Notes: generated by a model from the sequence alone, not told the origin. DNA of 44,144 nucleotides from Macrostomum lignano (GCA_002269645.1 NIVC01003671.1:1-44144), one strand, 5' to 3'. Shown: positions 12,029 to 24,027, counted from the first letter of the stretch. Numbers and translations: made by a program.

Positions 12029-12643
12029 ATGTCAGCGGAGCCTCCTCGCCAGCCGGCCTACCCAGCGCTGTTCTACCCCGCTGCCGCCGCGGCCGCCTGG
12101 GACTTCCGGAGCGGAGGCACTGGCGGCGGCGCCGGCGGCTCGGCGACCTCAGCTGCGGCCGCTGCGGCTGCGGCGGCTCTGCTGGACTCGCGGCAGCCTC
12201 ATCAGCACCACGGACACCCGCAGCACCCGGCGCTGCACCCGCAGCATCCGCGGCACCATCACCCGCGGCCGGCAGCGATCAGCCGCAACCCGTTCGACCC
12301 GCAGAGCCGCATCCCGCTGCCGCACCCGTTCGGCGAGTTCCACTTCGGCTGCGAGAGCTCCTTCATCCGCCGCCGCAACGAGCGCGAGCGCGAGCGGGTC
12401 CGCTTCGTGAACGAGGGCTACGAGCGGCTGAAGGAGACGCTGCCCTTCGAGAACAAGGACAAGCGCATCAGCAAGGTCGAGATCCTCAAGACGGCCATCC
12501 GCTACATCCAGCACATGGAGAGCCTCCTGCGGGCGGCCGACCAGCAGCAGCAGGCGGAGCCGCGAATCTCCGGCCTGAAGCGGCGCCCCCTCGGCCCCGA
12601 GCTGCAGGCCGAGCCGCAAGAGAAGCGGCTGCGGCCGGCCTGA
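12029..12643 (+). CDS. Achaete-scute family bHLH transcription factor, class B (ASCL3/4/5-like), 204 aa, intronless CDS
   Basis: bHLH domain SFIRRRNERERERVRFVNEGYERLKETLPFENKDKRISKVEILKTAIRYIQHMESLL matches the ASCL3/5-type pattern RKRNERERQRVKCVNEGYAxLRxHLP..EKRLSKVETLRAAIxYI. Poly-Ala and His/Pro-rich N-terminus, very high GC3, AATAAA at 12940-12945. Confidence 0.92.
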   Translation: MSAEPPRQPAYPALFYPAAAAAAWDFRSGGTGGGAGGSATSAAAAAAAAALLDSRQPHQHHGHPQHPALHPQHPRHHHPRPAAISRNPFDPQSRIPLPHPFGEFHFGCESSFIRRRNERERERVRFVNEGYERLKETLPFENKDKRISKVEILKTAIRYIQHMESLLRAADQQQQAEPRISGLKRRPLGPELQAEPQEKRLRPA

Positions 12644-13119
12644 CTGGCGAAGGAGCGGCCGCCCCCCGGACACAAGGGGCTAATGGCCATCGCTTGTACG
12701 GCCACGCGACTCCCGTGGGGACAGCGCCCCCCCCCCCCAACTTTCTCCCATACATTTGCGTGTTTGATGTTTCTGTGCACCTGCAGGGCCTCAGCAGCTG
12801 CGGTGTTAAGCCTCTTAATTAGATTTATTTACATATTTGTGCGAGTCCGCCCGCAGTCTGCACTGTAGATAATCGCAAAGCCGTCACCGCCTGCTCATTC
12901 ACTCATTTATTCACTCATGTGCGTTAAACAAGGAGGCTAAATAAACTGTACAGCTGGCTGTGGCCGCAGCCGCTTCCGCGTTTAGAGAAAAACAGCGATT
13001 CGAGTTTCAGAGGTTTCATTTCCGCTCTGGGCTGGGAACTGAAACTGGACAGTCGAAAACGGGGAGACTTTATGAGAACGCATTGGCTTGAAGACAACAG
13101 AAATGAAAAAAGAAATTAA

Positions 13120-13725
13120 CAGAAGAGACGGATGAAAGGAGGCAGATGAAGGGAGGCAGATGAAGGGAGGAGGCAGATGAAGGGAGGAGGCAGATGAAGG
13201 GAGGAGACAGATGAAGGTAGAAGACAGATGAAGGGAGGAGACAGATGAAGGTAGAAGACAGATGAAGGGAGACAGATGAAGGGAGGAGACAGATGAAGGG
13301 AGGAGGCAGATGAAGGGAGGAGACAGATGAAGGTAGAAGACAGATGAAGGGAGGAGACAGATGAAGGTAGAAGACAGATGAAGGGAGACAGATGAAGGGA
13401 GGAGACAGATGAAGGGAGGAGACAGATGAAGGGAGGAGGCAGATGAAGGGAGGAGACAGATGAAGGGAGGAGACAGATGAAGGGAGGAGACAGATGAAGG
13501 TAGAAGACAGATGAAGGGAGAAGACAGATGAAGGGAGAAGACAGATAAGGGAGGAGACAGATGAAGGGAGAAGACAGATGAAAGCAGGCAGATGAAAGGA
13601 GGCAGATGAAGGGAGGAGACAGATGAAGGGAGGAGACAGATGAAGGGAGGAGGCAGATGAAGGGAGAAGACATGAAGGGGAGGCAGATGAAGAGAAAGAT
13701 GAGGGAAGGAGGCAGGTGAGAGCAG
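13120..13725. repeat. Purine-rich minisatellite, ~17-bp unit GAAGGGAGGAGACAGAT, ~35 copies
   Basis: Tandem copies with length variants. Source of the (FICLLPSS)n ORFs. Confidence 0.95.
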
Positions 13726-14204
13726 CAAAGCTAGCGCAGAGACAGGCAGGGATGGGGGGTTCAGCAGTCGCAGATACCGTCAGCAAATGGAGCGGCAATG
13801 GAAAACAAACAGGCAGGCAGGAGACGAAGCAGTCCCGGCGGGAAGTTAAACAGCACGAGAGCGAATGAGCCGATAAAAATTGCGGGCCTTCCGCTGAGCA
13901 ACCGGTGTCGCAGGGATCTTCAGCACCGCAGAGCAGGGCAAACAGGACAACAAAGAGTGACAGAGCAGGGCCGGTGTTTGCTGAGAAGGCAGGTATGGGA
14001 CTCAATTAATTAGACTGGAGCCTCGCCGCTGTCTCCGCTGAGCTCTCACTACTTGAGTCAATTGTGAGTTGCCCGCCCCGGCTGTGGGAATTCCCGGCCT
14101 GCCGACAGACTGCCACCGGAGACAGCAGAAAAAAGCAGAGCGCCCCAACCCCCATTGTGGCTGGTGGGGAGCGCCCGCCTGTTGGGGTCGGCGGGTAGCG
14201 AGCG

Positions 14205-14460
14205 CGAGTGCCGGGTGCGAATACGAGTGCAGGGTGCGAATACGAGTGCAGGAGTGCGAATACGAGTGCAGGAGTGCGAATACGAGTGCAGGAGTGCGAA
14301 TACGAGTGCAGGAGTGCGAATACGAGTGCAGGGTGCGAATACGAGTGCAGGGTGCGAATACGAGTGCAGGGTGCGAATACGAGTGCAGGGTGCGAATACG
14401 AGTGCAGGGTGCGAATACGAGTGCAGGGTGCGAATACGAGTGCAGGAGTGCGAATACAAG
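14205..14460. repeat. Minisatellite, 19-20-bp unit GTGCGAATACGAGTGCAGG(A), ~13 copies
   Basis: Tandem copies. Confidence 0.95.
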
Positions 14461-14474
14461 ATAGTATGAGTCGC

Positions 14475-15045
14475 GGAGTGACAGTGGGAGCAGCAGAGTG
14501 ACAGTGGGAGCAGCAGAGTAACATTGGGAGCAGCAGAGTGACAGTGGGAGTGGCAGAGTGACAGTGGGAGCAGCAGAGTGACAGTGGGAGCAGTAGCGTG
14601 ACAGTGGCAGTGGCAGAGTGACATTGGGAGCAGCAGAGTGACAGTGGGAGCAGCAGAGTGACAGTGGGAGCAGCAGAGTGACAGTGGGAGCAGTAGCGTG
14701 ACAGTGGCAGTGGCAGAGTGACATTGGGAGCAGCAGAGTGACAGTGGGAGCAGTAGCGTGACAGTGGCAGTGGCAGAGTGACATTGGGAGCAGCAGAGTG
14801 ACAGTGGGAGCAGCAGAGTAACATTGGGAGCAGCAGAGTGACAGTGGGAGCATTAAAGTGACAGTGGGAGCAGCAGAGTAACATTGGGAGCAGCAGAGTG
14901 ACAGTGGGAGCATTAAAGTGACAGTGGGAGCAGCAGAGTGACAGTGGGAGAGGCAGAGTGACAGTGGGAGCAGCAGAGTGACATTAGGAGCAGCAGAGTG
15001 ACAGTGGGAGAGGCAGAGTGACAGTGGGAGAGGCAGAGTGACATG
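14475..15045. repeat. Minisatellite, 20-bp unit GACAGTGGGAGCAGCAGAGT, ~28 copies
   Basis: Tandem copies, directly abutting the previous unrelated array. Confidence 0.95.
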
Positions 15046-15444
15046 TGGATTGTGGAGTAGCAGAGCAGCAGTTGAAATGATATTTAGTGTTGAATAGTGA
15101 CAGAGAAGGCGTCAGAGGTGAGGAGGGGTCGCCCCAGAGCAAAGAACAGAATTCCAGAACACACTGCTGAGGCGCGAAGGATTTGGCTGTTAAAGAATCC
15201 GCTACAGCCGTTGCGCAGCGGTGGCAATATAAATAATTTAGTTCATGTGTATTTGCGGGCAGGCAGTATTGAAACAAAGAAGCAAAACCGAGTCAGTGAA
15301 GTCTCCGCAGCCCAAACAGAAAGGTTCAACAAACATCAGATACTGCTTACTGCTAGGGAAACGAGAGGGCCAACTGAGAAATAAGCGAATTTTGCAGGCA
15401 AAACCTTTGCAATCTACAGCCACCTAATAGACTAATAACTAGCT

Positions 15445-16480
15445 AGTGCCAGTCAGTGCCTGACACTGACAGCAGACCTGACAGCTAGTGCCTGACACTG
15501 CCCGCAGACCTGACAGCTAGTGCCTGACACTGACAGCAGACCTGACAGCTAGTGCCTGACACTGACAGCAGACCTGGCAGCTAGTGCCTGACACTGCCCG
15601 CAGACCTGACAGCTAGTGCCTGACACTGACAGCAGACCTGACAGCTAGTGCCTGACACTGACAGCAGACCTGGCAGCTAGTGCCTGACACTGCCCGCAGA
15701 CCTGACAGCTAGTGCCTGACACTGACAGCAGACCTGACAGCTAGTGCCTGACACTGCCCGCAGACCTGACAGCTAGTGCCTGACACTGACAGCAGACCTG
15801 ACAGCTAGTGCCTGACACTGACAGCAGACCTGACAGCTAGTGCCTGACACTGACAGCAGACCTGACAGCTAGTGCCTGACACTGACAGCAGACCTGACAG
15901 CTAGTGCCTGACACTGACAGCAGACCTGACAGCTAGTGCCTGACACTGACAGCAGACCTGACAGCTAGTGCCTGACACTGCCCGCAGACCTGACAGCTAG
16001 TGCCTCACACTGACGCAGACCTGACAGCTAGTGCCTCACACTGACAGCAGACCTGACAGCTAGTGCCTGACACTGACAGCAGACCTGACAGCTAGTGCCT
16101 GACACTGACAGCAGACCTGACAGCTAGTGCCTGACACTGCCCGCAGACCTGACAGCTAGTGCCTCACACTGACCGCAGACCTGACAGCTAGTGCCTGACA
16201 CTGACAGCAGACCTGACAGCTAGTGCCTGACACTGACAGCAGACCTGACAGCTAGTGCCTGACACTGACAGCAGACCTGACAGCTAGTGCCTGACACTGC
16301 CCGCAGACCTGACAGCTAGTGCCTCACACTGACCGCAGACCTGACAGCTAGTGCCTGACACTGCCCGCAGACCTGACAGCTAGTGCCTCACACTGACCGC
16401 AGACCTGACAGCTAGTGCCTGACACTGACAGCAGACCTGACAGCTAGTGCCTGACACTGACAGCAGACCTGACAGCTACT
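15445..16480. repeat. Minisatellite, 32-bp unit GACCTGACAGCTAGTGCCTGACACTGACAGCA, ~32 copies
   Basis: Tandem copies with a GCCCGCA variant. Most units contain two TGACAG motifs. Confidence 0.97.
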
Positions 16481-16650
16481 GGCTGCCAGGTGACAGAGGA
16501 AGAGAATAAAACAGACAATAAAACTCAAAAGGTCTCCACCAGCTAATGTGAGGCAGGATATGCAATGTACACAGGATGGGGCAGAGTTGGCACGGCAGGG
16601 GCAGTGATGAGTTTCTCAGCGAGTTCGCAGCAGCCCCGGCAGGCGAGCCC

Positions 16651-17034
16651 TCAGTCCATCTTGATGTTGGTGTAGATGTAGCGCACGAACTGCATGGAGG
16701 CAGCGAAGGACACGGTGCCGAGCGTGAGGAAGAACACGTAGCACAGCAGGATGGAGTAGCCGAAGAACTCCACCGCCTGCAGCAGGCCGCTCATGTTGCT
16801 GCGAAAGTAGAAGAAGAAGGCCGAGTACAGCAGCACGAAGAAGGCGCTGGAGCCGCCGCTGAACACGGAGCGCCACCACCAGCGGTAGTCCTCGGCGGAC
16901 AGCTGGAAGTAGGTCAGCGCCACCGCCACGCAGGCCGTCACGGACAGCAGGATGATGTACACCACGGCCAGGATGCCGTACAGGGTGTAGTGCTGCCGGC
17001 CCCACACTGTGGCGTAGATGTAGTACAGCTCCAC
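16651..17034 (-). CDS. TM9SF1: TM9SF1 coding exon 3 (terminal)
   Basis: Acceptor CCCCGCAG|GTG at 17035/17034. [12 protein letters not shown]...[15 protein letters not shown]...[12 protein letters not shown] ends in the KxD motif and matches the TM9SF1 C-terminus (..NLKMD). TGA at 16653-16651. Confidence 0.95.
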   Translation of the reverse strand: MELYYIYATVWGRQHYTLYGILAVVYIILLSVTACVAVALTYFQLSAEDYRWWWRSVFSGGSSAFFVLLYSAFFFYFRSNMSGLLQAVEFFGYSILLCYVFFLTLGTVSFAASMQFVRYIYTNIKMD

Positions 17035-17154
17035 CTGCGGGCGGGGCTAGCAATGATGCTGAGTGCGCCTTGGCTGCCTCCTGCATCTGGCCAATCATGG
17101 CATTCAGCTGCGATACGGCATTGGTTTCACACATCCCCCACTGGGCTGGCAATT

Positions 17155-18242
17155 TGAGGTCACAGCAGTGAGAATCTGAGGTCACAGCAGTGAGAATCTG
17201 AGGTCACAGCAGTGAGAATCTGAGGTCACAGCAGTGAGAATCTGAGGTCACAGCAGTGAGAATCTGAGGTCACAGCAGTGAGAATCTGAGGTCACAGCAG
17301 TGAGAATCTGAGGTCACAGCAGTGAGAATCTGAGGTCACAGCAGTGAGAATCTGAGTTCACAGCAGTGAGAATCTGAGGTCACAGCAGTGAGAATCTGAG
17401 GTCGGTCACAGCAGTGAGAATCTGAGGTCACAGCAGTGAGAATCTGAGGTCACAGCAGTGAGAATCTGAGGTCACAGCAGTGAGAATCTGAGGTCACAGC
17501 AGTGAGAATCTGAGGTCACAGCAGTGAGAATCTGAGGTCACAGCAGTGAGAATCTGAGGTCACAGCAGTGAGAATCTGAGGTCACAGCAGTGAGAATCTG
17601 AGTTCACAGCAGTGAGAATCTGAGGTCACAGCAGTGAGAATCTGAGGTCGGTCACAGCAGTGAGAATCTGAGGTCACAGCAGTGAGAATCTGAGGTCACA
17701 GCAGTGAGAATCTGAGGTCACAGCAGTGAGAATCTGAGGTCACAGCAGTGAGAATCTGAGGTCACAGAAGTGAGAATCTGAGGTCACAGCAGTGAGAATC
17801 TGAGGTCACAGCAGTGAGAATCTGAGGTCACAGCAGTGAGAATCTGAGGTCACAGCAGTGAGAATCTGAGGTCACAGCAGTGAGAATCTGAGGTCACAGC
17901 AGTGAGAATCTGAGGTCACAGCAGTGAGAATCTGAGGTCACAGCAGTAAGAATCTGAGGTCACAGCAGTGAGAATCTGAGGTCACAGCAGTGAGAATCTG
18001 AGGTCACAGCAGTGAGAATCTGAGGTCACAGCAGTGAGAATCTGAGGTCACAGCAGTGAGAATCTGAGGTCACAGCAGTGAGAATCTGAGGTCACAGCAG
18101 TGAGAATCTGAGGTCACAGCAGTGAGAATTGAGGTCACAGCAGTAAGAATCTGAGGTCACAGCAGTGAGAATCTGAGGTCACAGCAGTGAGAATCTGAGG
18201 TCACAGCAGTGAGAATCTGAGGTCACAGCAGTGAGAATCTGT
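17155..18242. repeat. Minisatellite, 22-bp unit GAGGTCACAGCAGTGAGAATCT, ~49 copies, fills TM9SF1 intron 2 (17035-18255)
   Basis: Tandem copies starting ~13 nt after the donor site. Confidence 0.98.
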
Positions 18243-18255
18243 CGCAGCCACTCAC

Positions 18256-18871
18256 CGACACGGCGCTGAAGCTGAGGAAGCCGCCGATGAGGCAGTGCAC
18301 GGGCCAGGTCTTGTAGCAGGGCACGGCGGGGATCTCCCTGGGGATGTTCTTTGTGCGACAGGGAGCGTCCAGGCCGGGCGGCGCGTTCTTGCCGGCCATG
18401 CCGCCCAGGATGGTGAGCGGGAAGCCGAGGAACAGCCACAGGCACAGCAGCAGCAGCACGGTGGACCAGGGCAGCGCCTGGGTGGTGCCGTAGGCCCAGG
18501 CCACCGAGTTCACCACGGCCCACACCATGAACAGCGGGAAGGCGAACAGGAAGGAGGTCAGCAGCACGTTGCGGGCCCAGCGCTCGCCGCCCAGCCGGCG
18601 GAACATTCGACAGGACACGAAGCCGGCGATGCCAGAGGTGAAGGCGTACAGCACGATGCCGGCGGAGTTGATGTTGCCGTGGTGGTGCACGTTGAACAGG
18701 CCGAGCAGCGCCATGACGAACAGGCCGGTGATGATGGCCAGGAACTGCGCGCCCACCCCGATGGTGGCGGAGAAGAAGCACTTGTGCTTGGGCGGCCTGA
18801 ACACATCGTTGTGCACCGTCTTCCAGCCGTTGTCCGAGTCTTCGTCCGCCTCCTCGTCCTCCAGGTTGTAC
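18256..18871 (-). CDS. TM9SF1: TM9SF1 coding exon 2
   Basis: Acceptor CTCAG|G at 18872/18871 and donor TCG|GTGAGT at 18256/18255. Encodes YNLEDEEADEDSDNGWKTVHNDVFRPP...IGGFLSFSAVS (GWKxxHxDVFR nonaspanin motif). Phases join exons 1 and 3 correctly. Confidence 0.95.
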
Positions 18872-19324
18872 CTGAGGGTGGCGGCGACCGGTTCGTTCAC
18901 TGCGTGCTTTGCCAGTGCGGATGCAGCTCAGCTGATGCAGCTGGAGAAAAACTAGGGGTCATGACCCCAAGGAAGCAGAACACCTGCTCCTTACTCAAGT
19001 CACCAGTATGCTCACGCTGCTAAGGCAGACCAAAATTTTACAGCAGTCTGGCTGGTGCACTCTGGCATGCCCGGGTAGAATTCCCACTCCCCTTGTCTTC
19101 CTTCAAACGTGTGAGCAGCGGAGGGTCCAAGTGGGTCAGTGGTGCCAGCGGACCCAAGGATCAGGTCCTGGATTCGCCACTTTTTAAGTTTTAACATTCG
19201 AGATACAGGCGCTTGGTGGTATGAAGCGGAACCAACTGTGTTTTGTACTATGCAACTGTGTTTTCTACTATTTAACTTGATGTATTCTTGTTTAAAGTCA
19301 AAAACGTAATTGGCGGGCAATGAT

Positions 19325-19998
19325 CGGCAGGGAAAAGTCGGCAGGGAAAAGTCGGCAGGGAAAGGTCGGCAGGGAAGGTCGGCAGGGAAAGGTCGGCAGG
19401 GAAGGTCGGCAGGGAAAAGTCGGCAGGGAAGGGTCGGCAGGGAAAGGTCGGCAGGGAAGGGTCGGCAGGGAAAGGTCGGCAGGGAAAGGTCGGCAGGGAA
19501 AAGTCGGCAGGGAAGGTCGGCAGGGAAAGGTCGGCAGGGAAAAGTCGGCAGGGAAGGTCGGCAGGGAAAAGTCGGCAGGGAAAAGTCGGCAGGGAAAGGT
19601 CGGCAGGGAAAAGTCGGCAGGGAAGGTCGGCAGGGAAGGGTCGGCAGGGAAGGGTCGGCAGGGAAGGGTCGGCAGGGAAAGGTCGGCAGGGAAAAGTCGG
19701 CAGGGAAAAGTCGGCAGGGAAGGTCGGCAGGGAAGGGTCGGCAGGGAAGGGTCGGCAGGGAAAGGTCGGCAGGGAAAGGTCGGCAGGGAAGGGTCGGCAG
19801 GGAAGGGTCGGCAGGGAAGGGTCGGCAGGGAAAGGTCGGCAGGGAAAGGTCGGCAGGGAAAGGTCGGCAGGGAAAGGTCGGCAGGGAAGGGTCGGCAGGG
19901 AAGGGTCGGCAGGGAAGGGTCGGCAGGGAAGGGTCGGCAGGGAAGGGTCGGCAGGGAAAGGTCGGCAGGGAAAGGTCGGCAGGGAAGGGTCGGCAGGG
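19325..19998. repeat. Minisatellite, 13-14-bp unit GGTCGGCAGGGAA(A/G), ~48 copies, in TM9SF1 intron 1 (18872-20021)
   Basis: Tandem copies beginning ~24 nt after the donor. Confidence 0.97.
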
Positions 19999-20021
19999 CA
20001 AAGAAGCGCTGCAAGCCGCAC

Positions 20022-20800
20022 CTGGCGAAGTCTTTCTTGAGAATGCGGAACAGGATCACGGTGACAAAGCCGATGAGGAGCAGCACGAGGATCAGCGAGT
20101 TGATCACCGACAGCCAGTGGATCTCCAGGGTCTTGGGGAAGAAGGACGTGTCCTTGATGAGCTTGGCCCGGTCCTCGAACTTGACGTCAGACTTGACCCA
20201 GGCCACCGAGTAGGTGAAGGCGACCTGACTGCCCGGCTGCAGCTTGGCGAGGTCCACGGGCGCCTTCTCCTGCGTGACCACCTTGACGAAGACGATGCGC
20301 TGGCCGCTGAAGTAGAACCTGAACGAGAAGTGCGTCCACAGGAACACCTTGTGCGAGTGCGGCACGAAGCCCGTCTCCTCCAGGTGGCCAACGAAGCCGC
20401 GCACAGGAATGTCGTCCACCACGAACTCGAAGTAGTACAGGTCCTCCACGGCCGTGCGCAGCTGCTCCAGGTCCGCCGCAGACAGCTGCTTGCTGCACAG
20501 CACCTTGTCGGCGGCGTCCTGGCCGAACCGGATGTCGAACATGGACTGCGCCATGCGGTCTCCGTCCAGCAGCTCGCCGAGGCTCATTGACTTGTGCACA
20601 ATGGTGGCCGGCCGGCACACGGGCAGCTGGTAGTAGTGGTAGGTCTCGTGCGGGTTGAAGTACGGGCCGACCTTGTTCACGTACACCTGCACCGGGCCGC
20701 CCTGCTTGTACAGCTCGGCGCCGCCGGCCGCGCGGAGCAGCGCCGCGGCGCAGCACAGCAGTAGGAGGCTGTGGAACGGCTTCATCGCGACCTGGGTCAT
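20022..20800 (-). CDS. TM9SF1: TM9SF1 coding exon 1 (signal peptide + lumenal domain + first TM); full protein 592 aa
   Basis: MTQVAMKPFHSLLLLCCAAALLRA..YKQGGPVQVYVNKVGPYFNPHETYHYYQLPVCRP..KSMSLGELLDGDRM..LEIHWLSVINS matches the TM9SF1 lumenal domain. Donor AG|GTGCGG at 20022/20021. The start could be the second ATG, five codons downstream. An acceptor CCTTCAG lies 6 nt upstream of the ATG. Confidence 0.93.
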
Positions 20801-20874
20801 TGCGGCCTGAAGGAGCGAGGGCGCAGCAATTCCAGGCGCGGTGCGGACTTTGACAGCACTGCGGACAGCTGGGA

Positions 20875-20880
20875 AACAGG

Positions 20881-20928
<48 letters not shown>

Positions 20929-20997
20929 GACACACACACAGACAGACAGACAGACAGATAGACAAACATACAGATAGACAGACAAACAAACACAGAC

Positions 20998-21060
<63 letters not shown>

Positions 21061-21305
21061 CAGGCAGACAGACAAACAGACAGACAGACAAACAGACAGA
21101 CAGACGGAAAGACAGACAGACAGACAGACAGACGGAAAGACAGGCAGACAGACAGACGGAAAGACAGGCAGACAGACAAACAGACAGACAGACGGAAAGA
21201 CAGACAGACAGACAGACGGAAATACAGGCAGACAGACAGACGGAAAGACAGGCAGACAGACAGACAGACAGACAGACGGAAAGACAGACAGACAGACAGA
21301 CGGAA

Positions 21306-21340
<35 letters not shown>
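20875..21340. repeat. Degenerate (GACA)n microsatellite between the EPT1 stop and the TM9SF1 start
   Basis: GACA/GACAAACA/GACGGAAA tandem tract. Confidence 0.96.
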
Positions 21341-21341
<1 letters not shown>

Positions 21342-21922
21342 GGTGCCCCAAATAAAGAGACATGAGAGCGGTGTCAGTAATAAGAGGATCAGACGGTCAC
21401 CCAGCAGCCACCTCTATATTTGCTGAAGCAATTCCAAAGCAGGAGACTCCGTGTGGAGACAAAAATTGCGCGGAAAAAGAACAAAAAACTTGCCCTATTT
21501 GGGGATGACAAAATGATGAATCAAGCCGAAAGGCCTCTTGTGATTTCCTGTAGGTGGCAGAAAGCAGAAGGCGGAGGCATTGCACGGGTCTGACTAGGAG
21601 ATCGGGACGGGCGAGCGCGGGGCCTGCAAAATCAGAACTCCGAAATGACACAGAAAAGCCGAATTCGAGAGGAGCCGCGAACGAGTGTTAAATTCGGGCA
21701 GTTTGGAAGAGTATCGCAGATAATTACTAATAGCTAAGAAATCAAAGCGTCGGCGAACACCCGAGCGAACTGTGACGCCAAACTGTGTATGTATGCTAAA
21801 ATAAGCTAAAAATTTGCGCTGCTCTACTGCCGCGCTGGCGAGTAGCAAAGTTGGCGTGCGGCGTTTAAAATTGAAATAAAAACTGTCGGCTACGGCCAGA
21901 GCTCGGAGCTCCGCTGCCCGAA

Positions 21923-21994
21923 TTACTTGGACTTCTTCTGCGGCGACTCGATGACGAATGCGCGCAGCTTGAAGTGGTCCAGCATCTGGTTCAC
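21923..21994 (-). CDS. EPT1: EPT1-like exon 7 (terminal): VNQMLDHFKLRAFVIESPQKKSK*
   Basis: Acceptor CCGCAG|GTG at 21995/21994 and TAA at 21925-21923. Aligns to the SELENOI C-terminal VKQLSSHFQIYPFSLRKP. 22/23 codons end in G/C. Confidence 0.85.
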   Translation of the reverse strand: MNQMLDHFKLRAFVIESPQKKSK

Positions 21995-22044
21995 CTGCGG
22001 GCCGGCCGGGCGGGTAGGTCGGTAGATGGATACAGGAGTACGCA

Positions 22045-22596
22045 GACAGGCAGACGCGTGCAGACACAGAGGTAGAGGGAGGCAGAAGCAGATTCAGAAA
22101 GACACACGAAGAGGCAGAGGGAGATATAGGCAGACACAGACAGACACAGAGGCTAAGGGAGACACAGGCAGAGAAAGGCAGACATAGACGGAGGCAAAGG
22201 AAGGCACAAGCAGAGACAAAGGCATAGGCAGAGGCAGAGGCAAAGGAAGGCACAAGCAGAGACAAAGGCATAGGCAGAGGCAGAGGCAAAGGAAGGCACA
22301 AGCAGAGACAAAGGCATAGGCAGATGCAGAGGCAAAGGAAGGCACAAGCAGAGACAAAGGCAGGCACAGGCAGACACAAGCAGAGAGATAAACAGGCACA
22401 GGCAGACACAAGCAGAGAGATAAACAGGCACAGGCAGACACAAGCAGAGAGATAAACAGGCACAGGCAGACACAAGCAGAGAGATAAACAGGCACAGGCA
22501 GACACAAGCAGAGAGATAAACAGGCACAGGCAGACACAAGCAGAGAGATAAACAGGCACAGGCAGACACAAGCAGAGAGATAAACAGGCACAGGCA
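22045..22596. repeat. Compound purine-rich minisatellite (32-bp ACAGGCACAGGCAGACACAAGCAGAGAGATAA and ~40-bp GGCAGAGGCAAAGGAAGGCACAAGCAGAGACAAAGGCATA units), EPT1 intron 6
   Basis: Tandem copies starting immediately after the GTGAGT donor. Confidence 0.92.
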
Positions 22597-22601
22597 CTCA
22601 C

Positions 22602-22787
22602 CACATTGCAGCCGTAGTGCACATGCAGCAGAACGCACACAGCCAGCAAGCCGATCAGCACCGCCAGCTCCTGCTGGAACGTCGGGCTCAGCAAGAAGAC
22701 GGCCAGGGAAACGGCAGAGTAGATGGCGGTGAGCAGGTTGAAGGCCTGGCACTTGGTGCTGCTCATCTGGCTCACGATCAGCCGGCA
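22602..22787 (-). CDS. EPT1: EPT1-like exon 6 (62 aa, CRLIVSQMSSTKC...HVHYGCNV)
   Basis: TTGCAG| acceptor and |GTGAGT donor, phase 0/0. Matches SELENOI CQLIVCQMSSTRC...HIHYG. Confidence 0.93.
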
Positions 22788-22984
22788 CTGCAAGCGGAGT
22801 TGTGGGCTCGAGCACACTAGTAAGAGACTCAGTGCTTTGCATAAAACGAAGCTGTGAAATTAGGCCGTGAGCACTTCAGTGTCAGCGAAGCAGCACTCTG
22901 TGCTGGCACACAGTATTCGCGTCAGTACATCTGCATTACCCGTGCAAAAGTACTTGAGCACTCCAGCGTCAACGACTCAACGTG

Positions 22985-23720
22985 AGTACCCAAGCATCAT
23001 TCTGAGTACACAAGCATCATTCTAAGTACACAAGCATCACTCTGAGTACCCAAGCATCACTCTGAGTATCCAAGCATCACTCTGCGTACACAAGCATCAC
23101 TCTGAGTATCCAAGCATCACTCTGCGTACACAAGCATCACTCTGTGTACACAAGCATCACTCGGAGTACCCAAACATCACTCCGAGTACACAAGCATCAC
23201 TCGGAGTACCCAAGCATCACTCCGAGTACACAAGCATCACTCTGAGTACCCAAGCATCACTCTGAGTACCCAAGCATCACTCTGAGTACACAAGCATCAC
23301 TCTGAGTACACAAGCATTACTCTGAGTATCCAAGCATTACTCTGAGTACACAAGCATCACTATGAGTACCCAAGCATCACTCCGAGTACACAAGCATCAC
23401 TCGGAGTACCCAAACATCACTCCGAGTACACAAGCATTTTCTGAGTACACAAGCATCACTCGGAGTACCCAAGCATCACTCTGAGTACCCAAGCATCACT
23501 CTGCGTACACAAGCATCACTCGGAGTACCCAAGCATCACTCTGAGTACCCAAGCATCACTCTGTGTACACAAGCATCACTAGGAGTATCCAAACATCACT
23601 CTGTGTACACAAGCATTACTCTGAGTACACAAGCATCACTAGGAGTACACAAGCATTACTCTGTGTACACAAGCATCACTCGGAGTACACAAGCATCACT
23701 CGGAGTACACAAGCATCACT
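22985..23720. repeat. Minisatellite, 20-bp unit CTCTGAGTAC(A/C)CAAGCATCA, ~36 copies, EPT1 intron 5
   Basis: Tandem copies with point variants. Confidence 0.96.
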
Positions 23721-23797
23721 CAACATACCAGCATTACTGTGAGCATCAAGGCTTCACCCTGAGCACCCCAGCCAATAGTCAGGTAATCGCAGCTCAC

Positions 23798-24027
23798 AGT
23801 AATGTTGCTGAAGACGGTGCCAAAGGCAGCATAGAAGAGCCTCGGGTAGTGAAAGATGATCTGGTTAGGCGAGAAGTGAACCCACAACGCCGAGAAAACC
23901 AGCAGGATGGCCGGAGACAGCAGCGGCGTCATGGCAGCTGACAGGGTATTGTGGCGGCCGGTCTTGTTGGCGTAGGCGGAGTACACGTTGTAAAGCGTCA
24001 GCGGCACGCACAGGATCCAGAAGCCGA
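23798..24027 (-). CDS. EPT1: EPT1-like exon 5 (IGFWILCVPLTLYNVYSAY...HYPRLFYAAFGTVFSNIT)
   Basis: CCGCAG| acceptor and |GTGAGC donor, phase 1/0. Matches SELENOI LPMSLLN..HPRVFYFMVGTAFANST. Confidence 0.92.

Noticed and set aside
19298-21091. 597-aa ORF as the TM9SF1 protein
   Set aside because: The N-terminus is translated (TGTC)n and the C-terminus is translated intronic repeat. Only 20800-20022 is exon.
21400-21925. Selenocysteine readthrough/SECIS for the SELENOI orthologue
   Set aside because: The stop is TAA, not TGA, and no SECIS-like AUGA/AA/GA stem was recognised by eye.
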